From a virus (taxonomy: Duplodnaviria > Caudoviricetes), in the IMG/VR virus record IMGVR_UViG_3300032030_002802, positions 1-64,000 of that record: 64,000 bases of DNA; one strand, 5' to 3'. This document shows, in pieces, positions 63,999 to 64,000 of this stretch. The translations under genes and the position numbers were made by a program. Under the pieces are notes generated by a model. That model saw only the letters and a program-made list of their open reading frames with translations, was not told the DNA's origin and did not search any database. Every line of letters begins with the position of its first letter. Within the stretch, counting starts at the first letter, position 1.

Positions 63999-64000
63999 GA

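Larger units (their letters stand above)
5774..64000. mobile_element. Large phage/prophage-like region; boundaries unresolved
   Basis: Dense coupled small ORFs, portal-like, RecA-like, SSB, exonuclease, HNH, DUF6275-like and GP88-like genes; no housekeeping genes. Confidence 0.8.

Noticed and set aside
1-64000. tRNA/rRNA genes, integrase, terminase, major capsid
   Set aside because: None recognised by eye; they may lie outside the window or be too divergent.

Overview
GC-rich window dominated by a large phage/prophage-like region (~5.8-64 kb). Genes there are nearly all on the minus strand and tightly coupled; no integrase or att site is seen. The left end (1-5.7 kb) holds nucleotide-sugar genes (rmlC-gmd-fcl, a UDP-glucose dehydrogenase-like gene), a DUF2235/Tle1-like hydrolase with a lipoprotein, an XRE regulator and a 154-bp direct repeat. 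The phage region has a putative portal, a GT11 fucosyltransferase, proteins sharing an N-terminal leader, an origin-like AT-rich repeat region, a C5 methyltransferase with an overlapping alternate-frame subunit, an exonuclease, SSB, HNH, RecA-like and nucleotidyltransferase genes, and many small hypothetical ORFs. The main discovery is at 29.15-37.65 kb. A stand-alone group-II-like reverse transcriptase (33788-35077, YADD) sits among five non-coding arrays holding 20 units, spaced 124-184 bp (mostly ~145). On the + strand each unit reads roughly TTCSGC..YAGAT-[long hairpin of unique sequence]-RTG-N~10-TCVT. Stem mismatches are mostly G-T on the + strand, which is the would-be cDNA strand. This suggests an undescribed RT system that makes a library of different ssDNA hairpins from an array of RNA templates, possibly with two embedded partner proteins (30334-32585). 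All family calls come from visual motif recognition; no database searches were run.
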